Notes: generated from the sequence alone by a model not told the origin. A DNA stretch of 20,000 nucleotides from an uncultured virus (IMG/VR IMGVR_UViG_3300042564_001445) (IMGVR_UViG_3300042564_001445); one strand, 5' to 3'. Positions 1-7,720 are shown, counted from the first letter of the stretch. Made by a program: numbers and translations.

Positions 1-22
1 CGATACATCAGAGGAGAATAAT

Positions 23-649
23 ATGCCATATTTAAACCATAACATACCAACAATCACTTGCCTAATTAAGAATGAGTTTTTGTTTAACAACACCAAAGGG
101 CACGGAGAATTCACGCTATGTGACGTACACTCGGTAGCATCTATTGAGAAGCGAGTTCCCTTGTTTGAAGCGTTCCTTGAGAACGGAGTCAATTGGACAC
201 GTCGCCCTATCCACGCATTCTGTTGGAAGAAAGATGCTGAAGAATTACCACTGACTGAGTACATATATTGGGACTGCTTTAGTTCTTATATAGACGTTCA
301 GGTGCGAGCTCGGATGTCGGGACTTCGCGCTGACTTAATATCCATCACAGGAGTTAAGAGGCAGGGTACCTATATGTTTACATTAGATTGGGCATTTGAG
401 AACAGAGGTATGTTAGACACCAACTTTTCTGAGACTCCCGAGCATAAGTGCGGACACGTCTTTAAGATGGACAACGGTAACTTCTTTATCTATCCTAACA
501 ACAGAATCATTTGGATGGATAACGCTTGGACATACAATCGCATAGACAAGAACCCTAACTACAAGATTGATATGACGGTTTATTCCATAGAGAATAAGAC
601 AAACTACGAAACTGATTATAATTATTTTACAGAATTTAAAAAGAAGTAA
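23..649 (+). CDS. Conserved phage hypothetical protein (208 aa)
   Basis: Clean ORF, A-rich start (AATAATATG) one base after an upstream stop; resembles a widespread aquatic-phage family (MxYLNxNIP...HGE...PIHAF...WDCFS...EHK...GNF..YPNNR) recalled from memory. Confidence 0.85.
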   Translation: MPYLNHNIPTITCLIKNEFLFNNTKGHGEFTLCDVHSVASIEKRVPLFEAFLENGVNWTRRPIHAFCWKKDAEELPLTEYIYWDCFSSYIDVQVRARMSGLRADLISITGVKRQGTYMFTLDWAFENRGMLDTNFSETPEHKCGHVFKMDNGNFFIYPNNRIIWMDNAWTYNRIDKNPNYKIDMTVYSIENKTNYETDYNYFTEFKKK

Positions 650-907
650 ATGGAAACTAAACAAATGACATTTAAGGAAGCATTAAAAATTCTTGACATT
701 GAAGAATATCAAGAAAGAATATTTAATAGCAATTCAAGCGGAGAGCTATATCATCTACAAGATTATATTGGATTAGCGAAATTTTTCAAAGATTATCCCA
801 CAGCAGTTCCAGTATTCAAAAAATATTTTGAGCAAGCGGTAGAGGATGCGTATAAAAACTGGGAAAGACCCCAGTCGATATTTCAACATATAAGAGAAAT
901 TTTCTAA
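650..907 (+). CDS. Hypothetical protein (85 aa)
   Basis: ORF abuts the previous stop, same strand, tiles the operon. Confidence 0.8.
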   Translation: METKQMTFKEALKILDIEEYQERIFNSNSSGELYHLQDYIGLAKFFKDYPTAVPVFKKYFEQAVEDAYKNWERPQSIFQHIREIF

Positions 908-918
908 ACAACAAGACA

Positions 919-1101
919 ATGGCTGATATAACATTTAGAAGAGGTGATAGAGTTTATGACAAAAGATATGGTAATGGAGTAATAGATTATTTAGAAAACC
1001 ATATAATAGTTGAATTTAGAATGGGTCAATACATTACCTATGACTTAAAAGGTTATAGACATTTCCCAGAAGAAAAACAACCAGCTTTATTCAAACGATA
1101 A
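919..1101 (+). CDS. Small SH3/KOW-like beta-barrel protein (60 aa)
   Basis: FRRGDRVYDKRYGNGVI...IIVEF pattern typical of small phage SH3-like domains. Confidence 0.65.
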   Translation: MADITFRRGDRVYDKRYGNGVIDYLENHIIVEFRMGQYITYDLKGYRHFPEEKQPALFKR

Positions 1102-1105
1102 AACA

Positions 1106-1297
1106 ATGGGAATACTTAGAAAACTTATTCGCAAGCAGAAAGCCAATCAATACACTCAAGAGGAAAGGTGGAATGAATTTATGCTTAATTGTAGTGGCTT
1201 ACTATCTGAAAGGCAGACTATAGAAAGAAAAAAAAGTATAGAAGAATTAATTAAAACAGTAGACGAACTTAAAAAATGGGCAGACAATGGAAACTAA
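1106..1297 (+). CDS. Hypothetical protein (63 aa)
   Basis: ORF tiling, AAAACAATG start context. Confidence 0.7.
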   Translation: MGILRKLIRKQKANQYTQEERWNEFMLNCSGLLSERQTIERKKSIEELIKTVDELKKWADNGN

Positions 1298-1454
1298 ACT
1301 AATCGCCCTTGCAATCATCTTATCCTCGTGTAGTGCACCTGAGATACCAGAGCCAGCCAAGACTCCTGATTATGTAAAGAGTTACACCATTCAGGTACAG
1401 CCTAATGGTATCACAAATTATCCAAAGTATATACCATTTTTAAAAGGGAAATAA
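1287..1454 (+). CDS. Small putative lipoprotein (55 aa; not in the ORF track): METKLIALAIILSSCSAPEIPEPAKTPDYVKSYTIQVQPNGITNYPKYIPFLKGK
   Basis: Manually translated; fills the 1297-1456 gap; Lys + hydrophobic stretch + lipobox LSS-C at Cys15. Confidence 0.75.
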   Translation: METKLIALAIILSSCSAPEIPEPAKTPDYVKSYTIQVQPNGITNYPKYIPFLKGK

Positions 1455-1455
1455 T

Positions 1456-1677
1456 ATGACACCGAAAGAAAAAGCAGATGAGTTGTTTGGTAAATTTTAT
1501 AGTGCTATTCCAAGTGATGAAATGGGAGAAAACTATCAATCAGCTAAGCAATGTGCATTAATTGCAGTAGATGAGATACTTTATGTAATTGAAAATCCAG
1601 ATGACAGATATAGCTCACACGGATTACAATTAGTTAGAAATTGGAGAGAAGTCAAAAAAGAAATAGAAAAGCTATGA
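1456..1677 (+). CDS. Small phage protein, TPKEKA...VDEI...W.EVK.EI family (73 aa)
   Basis: ORF with AATAATATG start; motif pattern common in Bacteroidota phages. Confidence 0.85.
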   Translation: MTPKEKADELFGKFYSAIPSDEMGENYQSAKQCALIAVDEILYVIENPDDRYSSHGLQLVRNWREVKKEIEKL

Positions 1678-1919
1678 GCGACATACGATACAGAGACTTC
1701 GAGCTATTTGACTTAGAAAAAAGAATACACGACTTGAATCTGCCATTTGGAACTAATAACGATGTTATAGCAAAATTTGTTTGCGATGAGATTAAGCGTG
1801 AGCTATATTATAATAAGGACAGGATGGATAGTTATAGATTCTGGGATGAGATGAAAACTCATATAATACAGGAAGAAATTAAACTACAAGAAAGATTAGA
1901 TAAACTAAAAGAAAAATGA
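1674..1919 (+). CDS. Hypothetical protein (81 aa), distant paralogue of the 1456 gene
   Basis: ATG at 1674 overlaps the upstream TGA (ATGA), preferred over the TTG at 1641; AKFVCDEI...FWDEMK motif. Confidence 0.75.
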   Translation: MSDIRYRDFELFDLEKRIHDLNLPFGTNNDVIAKFVCDEIKRELYYNKDRMDSYRFWDEMKTHIIQEEIKLQERLDKLKEK

Positions 1920-2215
1920 AAAAGAAAATATCGCTAAAATACTACCGTAACGCGTCATCATCTGAAATAGCTGAGATTGATTACAACGAACTGCATACGT
2001 TCCACTACACAAAGGATGGTAAATTCACTAGACTACTAGGTTCTATGGAGGACAGAATTGAGGCATACCTTATCCGCAAGGAGTGGACTAAGATCAACGT
2101 TACAACATTCAACAAATTAAAAGATGGATTCGAGCAAGAACGAACAATATTACAAGATGGCAATAGCTTGGGGGGAGAATTACCTAAAGGAAAACAACGA
2201 GCCGAAACCATTTAA
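1916..2215 (+). CDS. Hypothetical protein (99 aa)
   Basis: ATGA overlap with the upstream gene; its 3' end overlaps the next gene by 92 nt. Confidence 0.7.
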   Translation: MKKKISLKYYRNASSSEIAEIDYNELHTFHYTKDGKFTRLLGSMEDRIEAYLIRKEWTKINVTTFNKLKDGFEQERTILQDGNSLGGELPKGKQRAETI

Positions 2216-2387
2216 TTATAAACAAGGTGTTACAATTTGTAACGACTTGCAATTTGTAGAAGTTAATATCGAAAGAATTAAGCATGGCAAGGGGGCAGAG
2301 TTACACGCCTCTTATGCTAGGCTTAGGGAATTTAAGCAGTTTTACGAAAAGATTAAAGAAAAAGGTTTGCTTAACAAAATAGTTTAA
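2124..2387 (+). CDS. Hypothetical protein (87 aa)
   Basis: ORF tiling up to the promoter region; helical C-terminal YARLREFK pattern. Confidence 0.7.
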   Translation: MDSSKNEQYYKMAIAWGENYLKENNEPKPFNYKQGVTICNDLQFVEVNIERIKHGKGAELHASYARLREFKQFYEKIKEKGLLNKIV

Positions 2388-2396
2388 CTATCTTTG
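2366..2396 (+). promoter_or_regulatory. Bacteroidota sigma70-type promoter (-33 TTTG, -7 TATCTTTG)
   Basis: TTTG 2366-2369, 19-nt spacer, TATCTTTG 2389-2396; matches the Bacteroides/Flavobacterium consensus TTTG-N19-21-TAnnTTTG; lies ahead of an intergenic leader. Confidence 0.85.
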
Positions 2397-2406
2397 ACAT
2401 AACAGT

Positions 2407-2440
2407 AGGGGTGTACATACCATCAGAACTGTGCATCCCT
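2407..2440 (+). other. 5' leader stem-loop
   Basis: AGGGGTGTACA / TGTGCATCCCT: 11-bp stem with 2 G-U pairs, 12-nt loop, immediately after the predicted start site; no clean U-tract. Confidence 0.55.
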
Positions 2441-2459
2441 CATTTTAACTTAATATGTA

Positions 2460-2654
2460 ATGAAAAAATTTGTAAAGATTACCACAAGAGAAGACGACGC
2501 TATTATTAGAAGTTGGATTGACATTGAAGAAATTGATTATTTAAGCCAAAACTCAATTACTCAAGATGGCGTAAATGAAGCTACTTGTGTGCTTAAAAAC
2601 GGAGATGTCATTCAATTAATAGCTTTTAACGAAACATTAGATTCATTAAACTAA
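2460..2654 (+). CDS. Small beta-rich hypothetical protein (64 aa), possibly FlbD-like fold
   Basis: KFVKIT...IDIEEIDYL...TCVLKNGDVIQL pattern. Confidence 0.7.
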   Translation: MKKFVKITTREDDAIIRSWIDIEEIDYLSQNSITQDGVNEATCVLKNGDVIQLIAFNETLDSLN

Positions 2655-2669
2655 AATCCAAACTAAACA

Positions 2670-2882
2670 ATGAAAGCAAGAGTAGGTGAAATTAAAAAGG
2701 TTGTCAATAAAGACAAGCGCAAGGCGGCAAAAGACGAGTACTATGCTGTTATACTTAATCACAACGGACAATACAATACGTTATTGTTTACAGAACTAGA
2801 ATTAAAGGTGGCGTTTAATCGCGCGGCTTCAAACGCTGAGGATACATTAGACAGAAGTCTTATATCTAAGATATTAGACTAA
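2670..2882 (+). CDS. Hypothetical protein (70 aa)
   Basis: ORF with AAACAATG start; TAATG coupling to the next gene. Confidence 0.8.
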   Translation: MKARVGEIKKVVNKDKRKAAKDEYYAVILNHNGQYNTLLFTELELKVAFNRAASNAEDTLDRSLISKILD

Positions 2883-3142
2883 TGAATAAGCTACTACAGA
2901 TCCTAGAGAATTTCCCTGATGAGGAATTTGTAATCCTAGATGGATTAGACGATGCGGTAATTGGAGTTGATACAAATAATGATCCGATGCGATTAGTTTA
3001 TTCGGCAAACGATATCGTCGATTGCTTTGTAAAGGAAGGAATGAGCGAGGATGATGCGATCGATAATTATGAGTATAACGTAGCTAGATCGCTACCGCAC
3101 ATCCCTAACGCACCGATCGTTATCCATACAGATTTCTTTTAA
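2882..3142 (+). CDS. Conserved acidic phage protein (86 aa)
   Basis: DGLDDAVIG...VYS...EDDA...YEYNV...PI motif set seen in many aquatic phages; TAATG coupled at both ends. Confidence 0.85.
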   Translation: MNKLLQILENFPDEEFVILDGLDDAVIGVDTNNDPMRLVYSANDIVDCFVKEGMSEDDAIDNYEYNVARSLPHIPNAPIVIHTDFF

Positions 3143-3585
3143 TGCCAGTTCTCACAAAGGATAGACTTAATTGCTGGAATTGCGGACATACAATTGATAA
3201 GTCTGTGGCCCTAGATAACTTATACGCTAGGATAAATTGCGATCAATGTAATCTTCCTTTGTATGTAAGTATTTCGAAAACAAATAAGATCCACCTGAAG
3301 CGCACCTGTCAGAAGCTATTTGATAAAGACATTGCTTACAAGGAGTCAACCAAATATCTAATGGACATATCTAAGAAATATGTTGCGGAAGAATTTGGTA
3401 AATGCAACAAAGAATTGCTAGAGATGTTTTTCGTTCGCGGGAAAAACTTAAGGGTTAATTCCGCTCGAAAGAATATGTACCTAGAAGCAAAGATGATGGG
3501 CATAAGAAATGTCGACATCATACGCTTCTTTAAAGAAAATGGCGGAGTTATTACTAAGCCAACATTGTATACTTATTTAAGATAA
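3142..3585 (+). CDS. Zinc-ribbon protein with possible C-terminal HTH (147 aa)
   Basis: CWNC...CDQC; C-terminal GIRNVDIIRFF...TKPTLYTYL is HTH-like. Confidence 0.7.
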   Translation: MPVLTKDRLNCWNCGHTIDKSVALDNLYARINCDQCNLPLYVSISKTNKIHLKRTCQKLFDKDIAYKESTKYLMDISKKYVAEEFGKCNKELLEMFFVRGKNLRVNSARKNMYLEAKMMGIRNVDIIRFFKENGGVITKPTLYTYLR

Positions 3586-3596
3586 TCAAACAAAAA

Positions 3597-3950
3597 ATGA
3601 AAAGACTTTTAACAGATGCCGAGTTACGCGATATGATTCGCTACTATGCTTATTGCCAATCCCTTAGAGACTTTATCGATGATAAGGTAGTTGCCTCAAA
3701 CTTTCATTACCACAAGATCAAGCAATACACCAATATGTTAGTCAACGAACTTGAGAAACAAGTTGACGTATTAATGAAGGTGGAGAACGGCGAAAGCCAA
3801 GGGACGGTGTTAGAGCAATTTATAAACGCATCTATGCAAGCAGACTATCTATTTGATATCGCTTTAAAGATGGAGACAATAGATAGAGATAAAAAAATTG
3901 AATGTGCAACAAAAGTATCTGAAATATTTAAAGAATATGGAATTGAATAG
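3597..3950 (+). CDS. Hypothetical helical protein (117 aa)
   Basis: ORF with A-rich start. Confidence 0.8.
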   Translation: MKRLLTDAELRDMIRYYAYCQSLRDFIDDKVVASNFHYHKIKQYTNMLVNELEKQVDVLMKVENGESQGTVLEQFINASMQADYLFDIALKMETIDRDKKIECATKVSEIFKEYGIE

Positions 3951-4341
3951 CGAGACAACAACATTTACAGACAGTATAGTATTTGAGATCATCAAGGAGT
4001 TTGGTGAGCGCGCGCAGAAAGGATATGATAAGTACGGAACTGATATGGATCGCACAGATTTATCGGTGGCAGACTGGGCACAGCATTTGCGTGAGGAGTT
4101 GATGGATGGATTGGTTTATCTTACTCGCTTGAAAAAAGATATCCTCTTGTTAGAAGAGGAACTTAGGGCATTCAAAACACAATCTATGATTCGGGCAAAA
4201 ATTCAGGAAGACGCTATGAAAAAAAGCACCTTAACAACAACATCTGGCACAGGAGTTGTATATACTATTACGCCTCAACCAAACAAAGTTTATACCGATG
4301 AAGAGCCAATAATCCGCAAGAAGTATAATTGGCACAGATAG
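3937..4341 (+). CDS. All-alpha NTP pyrophosphatase (MazG-like) protein
   Basis: ATG at 3937 preferred over TTG 3898; ER..KG.DKYG..MDR.DL...DW..HL.EELMD..VYL motif with an acidic EExxD metal site. Confidence 0.7.
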   Translation: MELNSETTTFTDSIVFEIIKEFGERAQKGYDKYGTDMDRTDLSVADWAQHLREELMDGLVYLTRLKKDILLLEEELRAFKTQSMIRAKIQEDAMKKSTLTTTSGTGVVYTITPQPNKVYTDEEPIIRKKYNWHR

Positions 4342-4376
4342 TTTTCTAATTTGATTTATTTGATTGTCTTTTTCTT

Positions 4377-4408
4377 AAAAGTATCCTGCCATGCGGGGTA
4401 CTTTTTTT
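4377..4408 (+). terminator. Intrinsic terminator
   Basis: AAAAGTATCCTGC-CAT-GCGGGGTACTTTT hairpin (G-U pairs favour the + strand) running into a T7 tract, 35 nt after the stop at 4341. Confidence 0.85.
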
Positions 4409-4438
4409 GTATTCAAATAAAATATTTCTCATAAATGT

Positions 4439-4469
4439 TTTGCATTACGAATACTTTTGCTTAACTTTG
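4439..4469 (+). promoter_or_regulatory. Bacteroidota sigma70-type promoter (-33 TTTG, -7 TAACTTTG)
   Basis: TTTG 4439-4442, 19-nt spacer, TAACTTTG 4462-4469; just downstream of a terminator and 19 nt before an ATG. Confidence 0.85.
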
Positions 4470-4488
4470 TTTCAACAAACAATCAAAT

Positions 4489-4656
4489 ATGAGAAAAACA
4501 CGCTACAACGACGTTATCTGCAAGGCAGAGGAACTCGTAAACAACCCATTAAACAGAACACGCTCCGGCAGATTACGTTCTAGAGTACAAAAGAAAGTAA
4601 ATAGATTGGTGCTTAAGGTTACATATCTTACCCAATTTGAAGAAACAATTTTTTAA
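4489..4656 (+). CDS. Small Arg-rich protein (55 aa; not in the ORF track): MRKTRYNDVICKAEELVNNPLNRTRSGRLRSRVQKKVNRLVLKVTYLTQFEETIF
   Basis: Manually translated; first ATG after the promoter, A-rich context, fills the gap before the SSB-like gene. Confidence 0.7.
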   Translation: MRKTRYNDVICKAEELVNNPLNRTRSGRLRSRVQKKVNRLVLKVTYLTQFEETIF

Positions 4657-4681
4657 CAATTTCAACCAAACAATTATTATT

Positions 4682-5383
4682 ATGGCAAGAGCTGACGCGT
4701 ACAAAACAACAACAGAATCTCCAGTTAAAAAGTATTTATCTTGGAGTTCAAATGACAAGTGTTTCACTTATTGGGACAAGGCTGCTGAGAAGAATCAAAA
4801 GCTTCCATTACCAATTAAGTTAGTACACTTAGACGATATGTCCTGCATCAAGGGCTGGCACGATTCTTCTTCTTCTGGGATCTATTCTAATGAGATCAAG
4901 AACTCAGGTGCTGAGCCTTTAGTAGTTAAGGCATTCAAGGGCGGTACAATCGCTGAGGGTCTTTACAAGGATATTAAGTTAAAGGTAAATGGCCTTGGCG
5001 GAGATTACCATGCAAGTTTATATTTCTACCTCAATGGAGAAGTTGTTAACCTTGCAATTAAAGGCGCCGCATTGATGGTTTGGAGTGACTTCGCTAAAGA
5101 AAACAGAAAGTCTTTCTTAGATAATTACATTGAGGTTACAGGAGCATTAGATGCTAAGAAAGGATCTGTAAAGTATTCAACTCCGGTGATGGCTGTTGGT
5201 GGAATCATTGACAAGTCTGTTAACGAGAATGCTGAGGACTCATACGATACATTGCAGAAATATTTTGCATCAAGAAAGGCTTCGGCTAATGTTGCTGTAG
5301 AAGAGTTAGTTGCAGAAGAGGTTCCTGCTCGCAAGTTCGAAGAGGCTCCGGTAGAAGATCCATCAGATTTACTTCCTTTCTAA
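4682..5383 (+). CDS. Single-stranded DNA-binding protein-like (233 aa)
   Basis: ATG at 4682 preferred over TTG 4637; beta-rich aromatic core and acidic tail ending ...EDPSDLLPF, the DLPF-type SSB C-terminal tip. Confidence 0.7.
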   Translation: MARADAYKTTTESPVKKYLSWSSNDKCFTYWDKAAEKNQKLPLPIKLVHLDDMSCIKGWHDSSSSGIYSNEIKNSGAEPLVVKAFKGGTIAEGLYKDIKLKVNGLGGDYHASLYFYLNGEVVNLAIKGAALMVWSDFAKENRKSFLDNYIEVTGALDAKKGSVKYSTPVMAVGGIIDKSVNENAEDSYDTLQKYFASRKASANVAVEELVAEEVPARKFEEAPVEDPSDLLPF

Positions 5384-5384
5384 A

Positions 5385-5855
5385 ATGCAAGAGTTAGCTA
5401 AACTAGATATAAGTCCAATAGTAGCTTCTAACAAGGAGGCTATTATTGGCATGGCTGACAAGTACATTGAGAACTTTGCCTTTAATGGCGGCGATGCCGC
5501 TAAAGATTGGGCAGCCTGCGAGAAACTAATCTTATTGCTATCTGAATTGCAAAAGGGATTAAAACCATATGTATTAAGTGAGCTACATAATTGTGATAAA
5601 GAAGAAACTCATTCGCTAGGAGTTACCGTTAAGGCGGTTAACACACCTACTAAGTATGACTTCTCTCAATCAGAATCGTGGGCCAAGCAGAAGGCTAAAG
5701 TAGATGCTGAGTCGGCGCAATTAAAATCTATCGAGGCATTTATTAAGTCTATCGATAAGACGACGACAACGGTTGATACAGAGACAGGTGAGACGATAAC
5801 GTTCTATCCGCCGGCAAAGTCATCAGGAGAAACCGTTAGATGCTCAATACTATAA
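5385..5855 (+). CDS. Conserved phage protein (156 aa), adjacent to SSB
   Basis: KYDFS...coiled segment...VDTETGE...PP pattern; 1-nt gap from the SSB-like gene. Confidence 0.8.
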   Translation: MQELAKLDISPIVASNKEAIIGMADKYIENFAFNGGDAAKDWAACEKLILLLSELQKGLKPYVLSELHNCDKEETHSLGVTVKAVNTPTKYDFSQSESWAKQKAKVDAESAQLKSIEAFIKSIDKTTTTVDTETGETITFYPPAKSSGETVRCSIL

Positions 5856-6040
5856 TGGCAACCGTCGTAGGCAAAAAGATAATACTGATAGCAGAAATTG
5901 TATGCGATCAATCTTATTACGAAGAAAACAAGGAACAGATATATAGTGTATACCGGGAGATAGCTCAACAAGAACTTAATCCTAGAATATATTTATCCTC
6001 TTCCGCAATTTTAGAAGAAGACACTACAATCAATATTTAA
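5855..6040 (+). CDS. Hypothetical protein (61 aa)
   Basis: ATG at 5855 in a TAATG overlap, preferred over 5840. Confidence 0.65.
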   Translation: MATVVGKKIILIAEIVCDQSYYEENKEQIYSVYREIAQQELNPRIYLSSSAILEEDTTINI

Positions 6041-6041
6041 A

Positions 6042-6182
6042 ATGGATATTCAACCAACATTCACACAAGTTTTTGAAAACATACATTACCAATTACAATT
6101 GGCTCATAATAAAAAAATAGAAGACGCTAAACGCAAATTCGCTAAAGAAAAAGAAGATGGTAAACATTATAAAAGAAATTAG
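6042..6182 (+). CDS. Small hypothetical protein (46 aa; not in the ORF track): MDIQPTFTQVFENIHYQLQLAHNKKIEDAKRKFAKEKEDGKHYKRN
   Basis: Manually translated; starts 1 nt after the previous stop and fills the gap. Confidence 0.6.
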   Translation: MDIQPTFTQVFENIHYQLQLAHNKKIEDAKRKFAKEKEDGKHYKRN

Positions 6183-6387
6183 GACTGAACTGGGTATGAC
6201 TCAGAAGCAGTTTTCAGAAGCAGCAGGATTCGCAACAATCCAACAAATCTCTGGGCTTGAAAACAATCAACGTAGCATTGGCTTTAACCTGCTAGGAAAG
6301 ATCGTTAGAAACTTAGCGGCAAACGGATTAGATGCATCACTTGACATTTCCTTGACGGTAAATGAAAAGAAAATTAGAATCTATTAA
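6157..6387 (+). CDS. XRE/Cro-family HTH transcriptional regulator (76 aa)
   Basis: IKEIRTELGMTQKQFSEAAGF..IQQISGLENNQR: classic HTH_3 pattern. Confidence 0.9.
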   Translation: MVNIIKEIRTELGMTQKQFSEAAGFATIQQISGLENNQRSIGFNLLGKIVRNLAANGLDASLDISLTVNEKKIRIY

Positions 6388-6389
6388 TA

Positions 6390-6578
6390 ATGCACCCAAA
6401 TCCATACACTCCTCAGGAGAAAGCTGCGCTAATTGCAACATTTAGCCAAGATATATTTATCGTGGATTATTTTCTAAACGAGATCTGCGACAAGTTCAGG
6501 TTTAAGAATTTTGACGATAAGGCATATTGGCTAGATGTTCGCGCAGAATGGAATAAAATAAAAACATATGGTAATTGA
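6390..6578 (+). CDS. Small protein (62 aa), TPxEKA family paralogue
   Basis: TPQEKA...LNEI...YWLDVRAEWNKI parallels the 1456 gene. Confidence 0.75.
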   Translation: MHPNPYTPQEKAALIATFSQDIFIVDYFLNEICDKFRFKNFDDKAYWLDVRAEWNKIKTYGN

Positions 6579-6957
6579 TGAGATTGTATTTGAGTGGGAG
6601 GGTATAGATGTTAGTCTCAATAAGTTTTTTGCCGGCAAACATTGGACGATTAGAAACAAAATTAAAGATCAATTTCATTTATTATTTGGCAGACTATTAA
6701 CCAAGAAGTATAAGATGGTAGATAAGTACGAAGTTGTCCTAGAGTACAACTCTCGCCTAGATCCTACGAATACCATAATCTTAATCAAGATCGGAGAAGA
6801 CTTTCTTCGTCATATCAATGTACTAACAGACGATACTAAAAAGTTCTGCAAGAAAGTAACCATTATTCCGGTAAGCACAATGGGTGCTAAACATTACAAA
6901 ATGACATTTCAAATAATTTCATATGCTACAAAAGAAACTAAAGCTAACCGCTCCTAG
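6568..6957 (+). CDS. RusA-like Holliday junction resolvase/endonuclease (129 aa)
   Basis: SLNKFF..HW..R...K; RLDPTN...K..ED.L.....L.DDT..F: RusA catalytic DxxN-K-D-DD pattern. Confidence 0.75.
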   Translation: MVIDEIVFEWEGIDVSLNKFFAGKHWTIRNKIKDQFHLLFGRLLTKKYKMVDKYEVVLEYNSRLDPTNTIILIKIGEDFLRHINVLTDDTKKFCKKVTIIPVSTMGAKHYKMTFQIISYATKETKANRS

Positions 6958-7453
6958 CACATATCAAGAAGCGCTCGCTAATTTATTTTCAAAGGAAGTG
7001 TTCTATAATAGTTCTTCTGGGAATCTGTACAAAACTCGCACACGGAATAACGTTAAAGAAGAGAATCTAATAAGCGATATCTACCTAGGAAAAATGGCAG
7101 AGTTTGCTGTATGGAATTTCCTCCATAAGCAAAAGAAAAATGCTACATTCCCTGACATCAACGTATACGAATCCTACAGAAAGAATTACGATGCAGATAT
7201 AATGATCGGCGAAACTAAAGTTCACGTCAAGTCTTGCTCCGAAAATAGTTATGGCAACAGCTGGGTATTCCGCCCTTCAGATCCAATAGTATCAAATCCA
7301 GATGAGAATGACTTTGTCGCATTAGTTGTATTGACAAAACAATCCACCTTTGATGCTTATTTTCTTTCGGCAATAGAATTACTTGGGATGTATAAACCCC
7401 CAAGGAATCCAGATTATCACATGATGGTTATTTACGAGGAAGATTTGAAGTAA
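6923..7453 (+). CDS. PD-(D/E)XK-like nuclease (176 aa)
   Basis: GKMAEFAV helix, YDAD, then VHVKS (H in place of the usual D/E). Confidence 0.65.
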   Translation: MLQKKLKLTAPSTYQEALANLFSKEVFYNSSSGNLYKTRTRNNVKEENLISDIYLGKMAEFAVWNFLHKQKKNATFPDINVYESYRKNYDADIMIGETKVHVKSCSENSYGNSWVFRPSDPIVSNPDENDFVALVVLTKQSTFDAYFLSAIELLGMYKPPRNPDYHMMVIYEEDLK

Positions 7454-7720
7454 TTACTTACCTCCTCTAGCGCGCTTGTCGCCGGCAGAATCTGATTTAG
7501 AGCCTCTATTAGCGGAGGCTTTTTTCATTACAATACCTTTGCTAGTATGTGAGGCGTCCTTACCATCTCCGTTGCCGTAGGTTCCGCGCTCGCGGTTAAC
7601 CTTAACAAGTTCAGCTCTTTTAGCACGTTGCTCAGGCTTGCGATTAAACTCCTTATTGTATGCGTCCTTCTTTGCTTTGGCTTCAGGATTAGCTTTATAG
7701 TATGCGGTGCTCTTTTTCAT
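7454..7720 (-). CDS. Small basic protein with degenerate HNH-like motif (88 aa)
   Basis: GDGKDASH...KKASANR corresponds to the phage GDGKDVDH...S.NR HNH-like family; very Lys/Arg-rich. Confidence 0.75.
   Translation of the reverse strand: MKKSTAYYKANPEAKAKKDAYNKEFNRKPEQRAKRAELVKVNRERGTYGNGDGKDASHTSKGIVMKKASANRGSKSDSAGDKRARGGK
7499..7525 (+). terminator. Putative intrinsic terminator for the + strand operon, embedded in the antisense gene
   Basis: AGCCTCT-ATTAGC-GGAGGCT followed by TTTTT, about 45 nt past the last + strand stop. Confidence 0.6.

Noticed and set aside
413..5334. - strand ORFs at 413, 2005, 3336, 3864, 4573 and 5125
   Set aside because: Antisense to well-tiled + strand genes; no motifs or expression signals.
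7382..7404. CTTGGG...CCCAAG hairpin as the - strand terminator
   Set aside because: Only a 6-bp stem with an 11-nt loop and no U-tract on the - strand.
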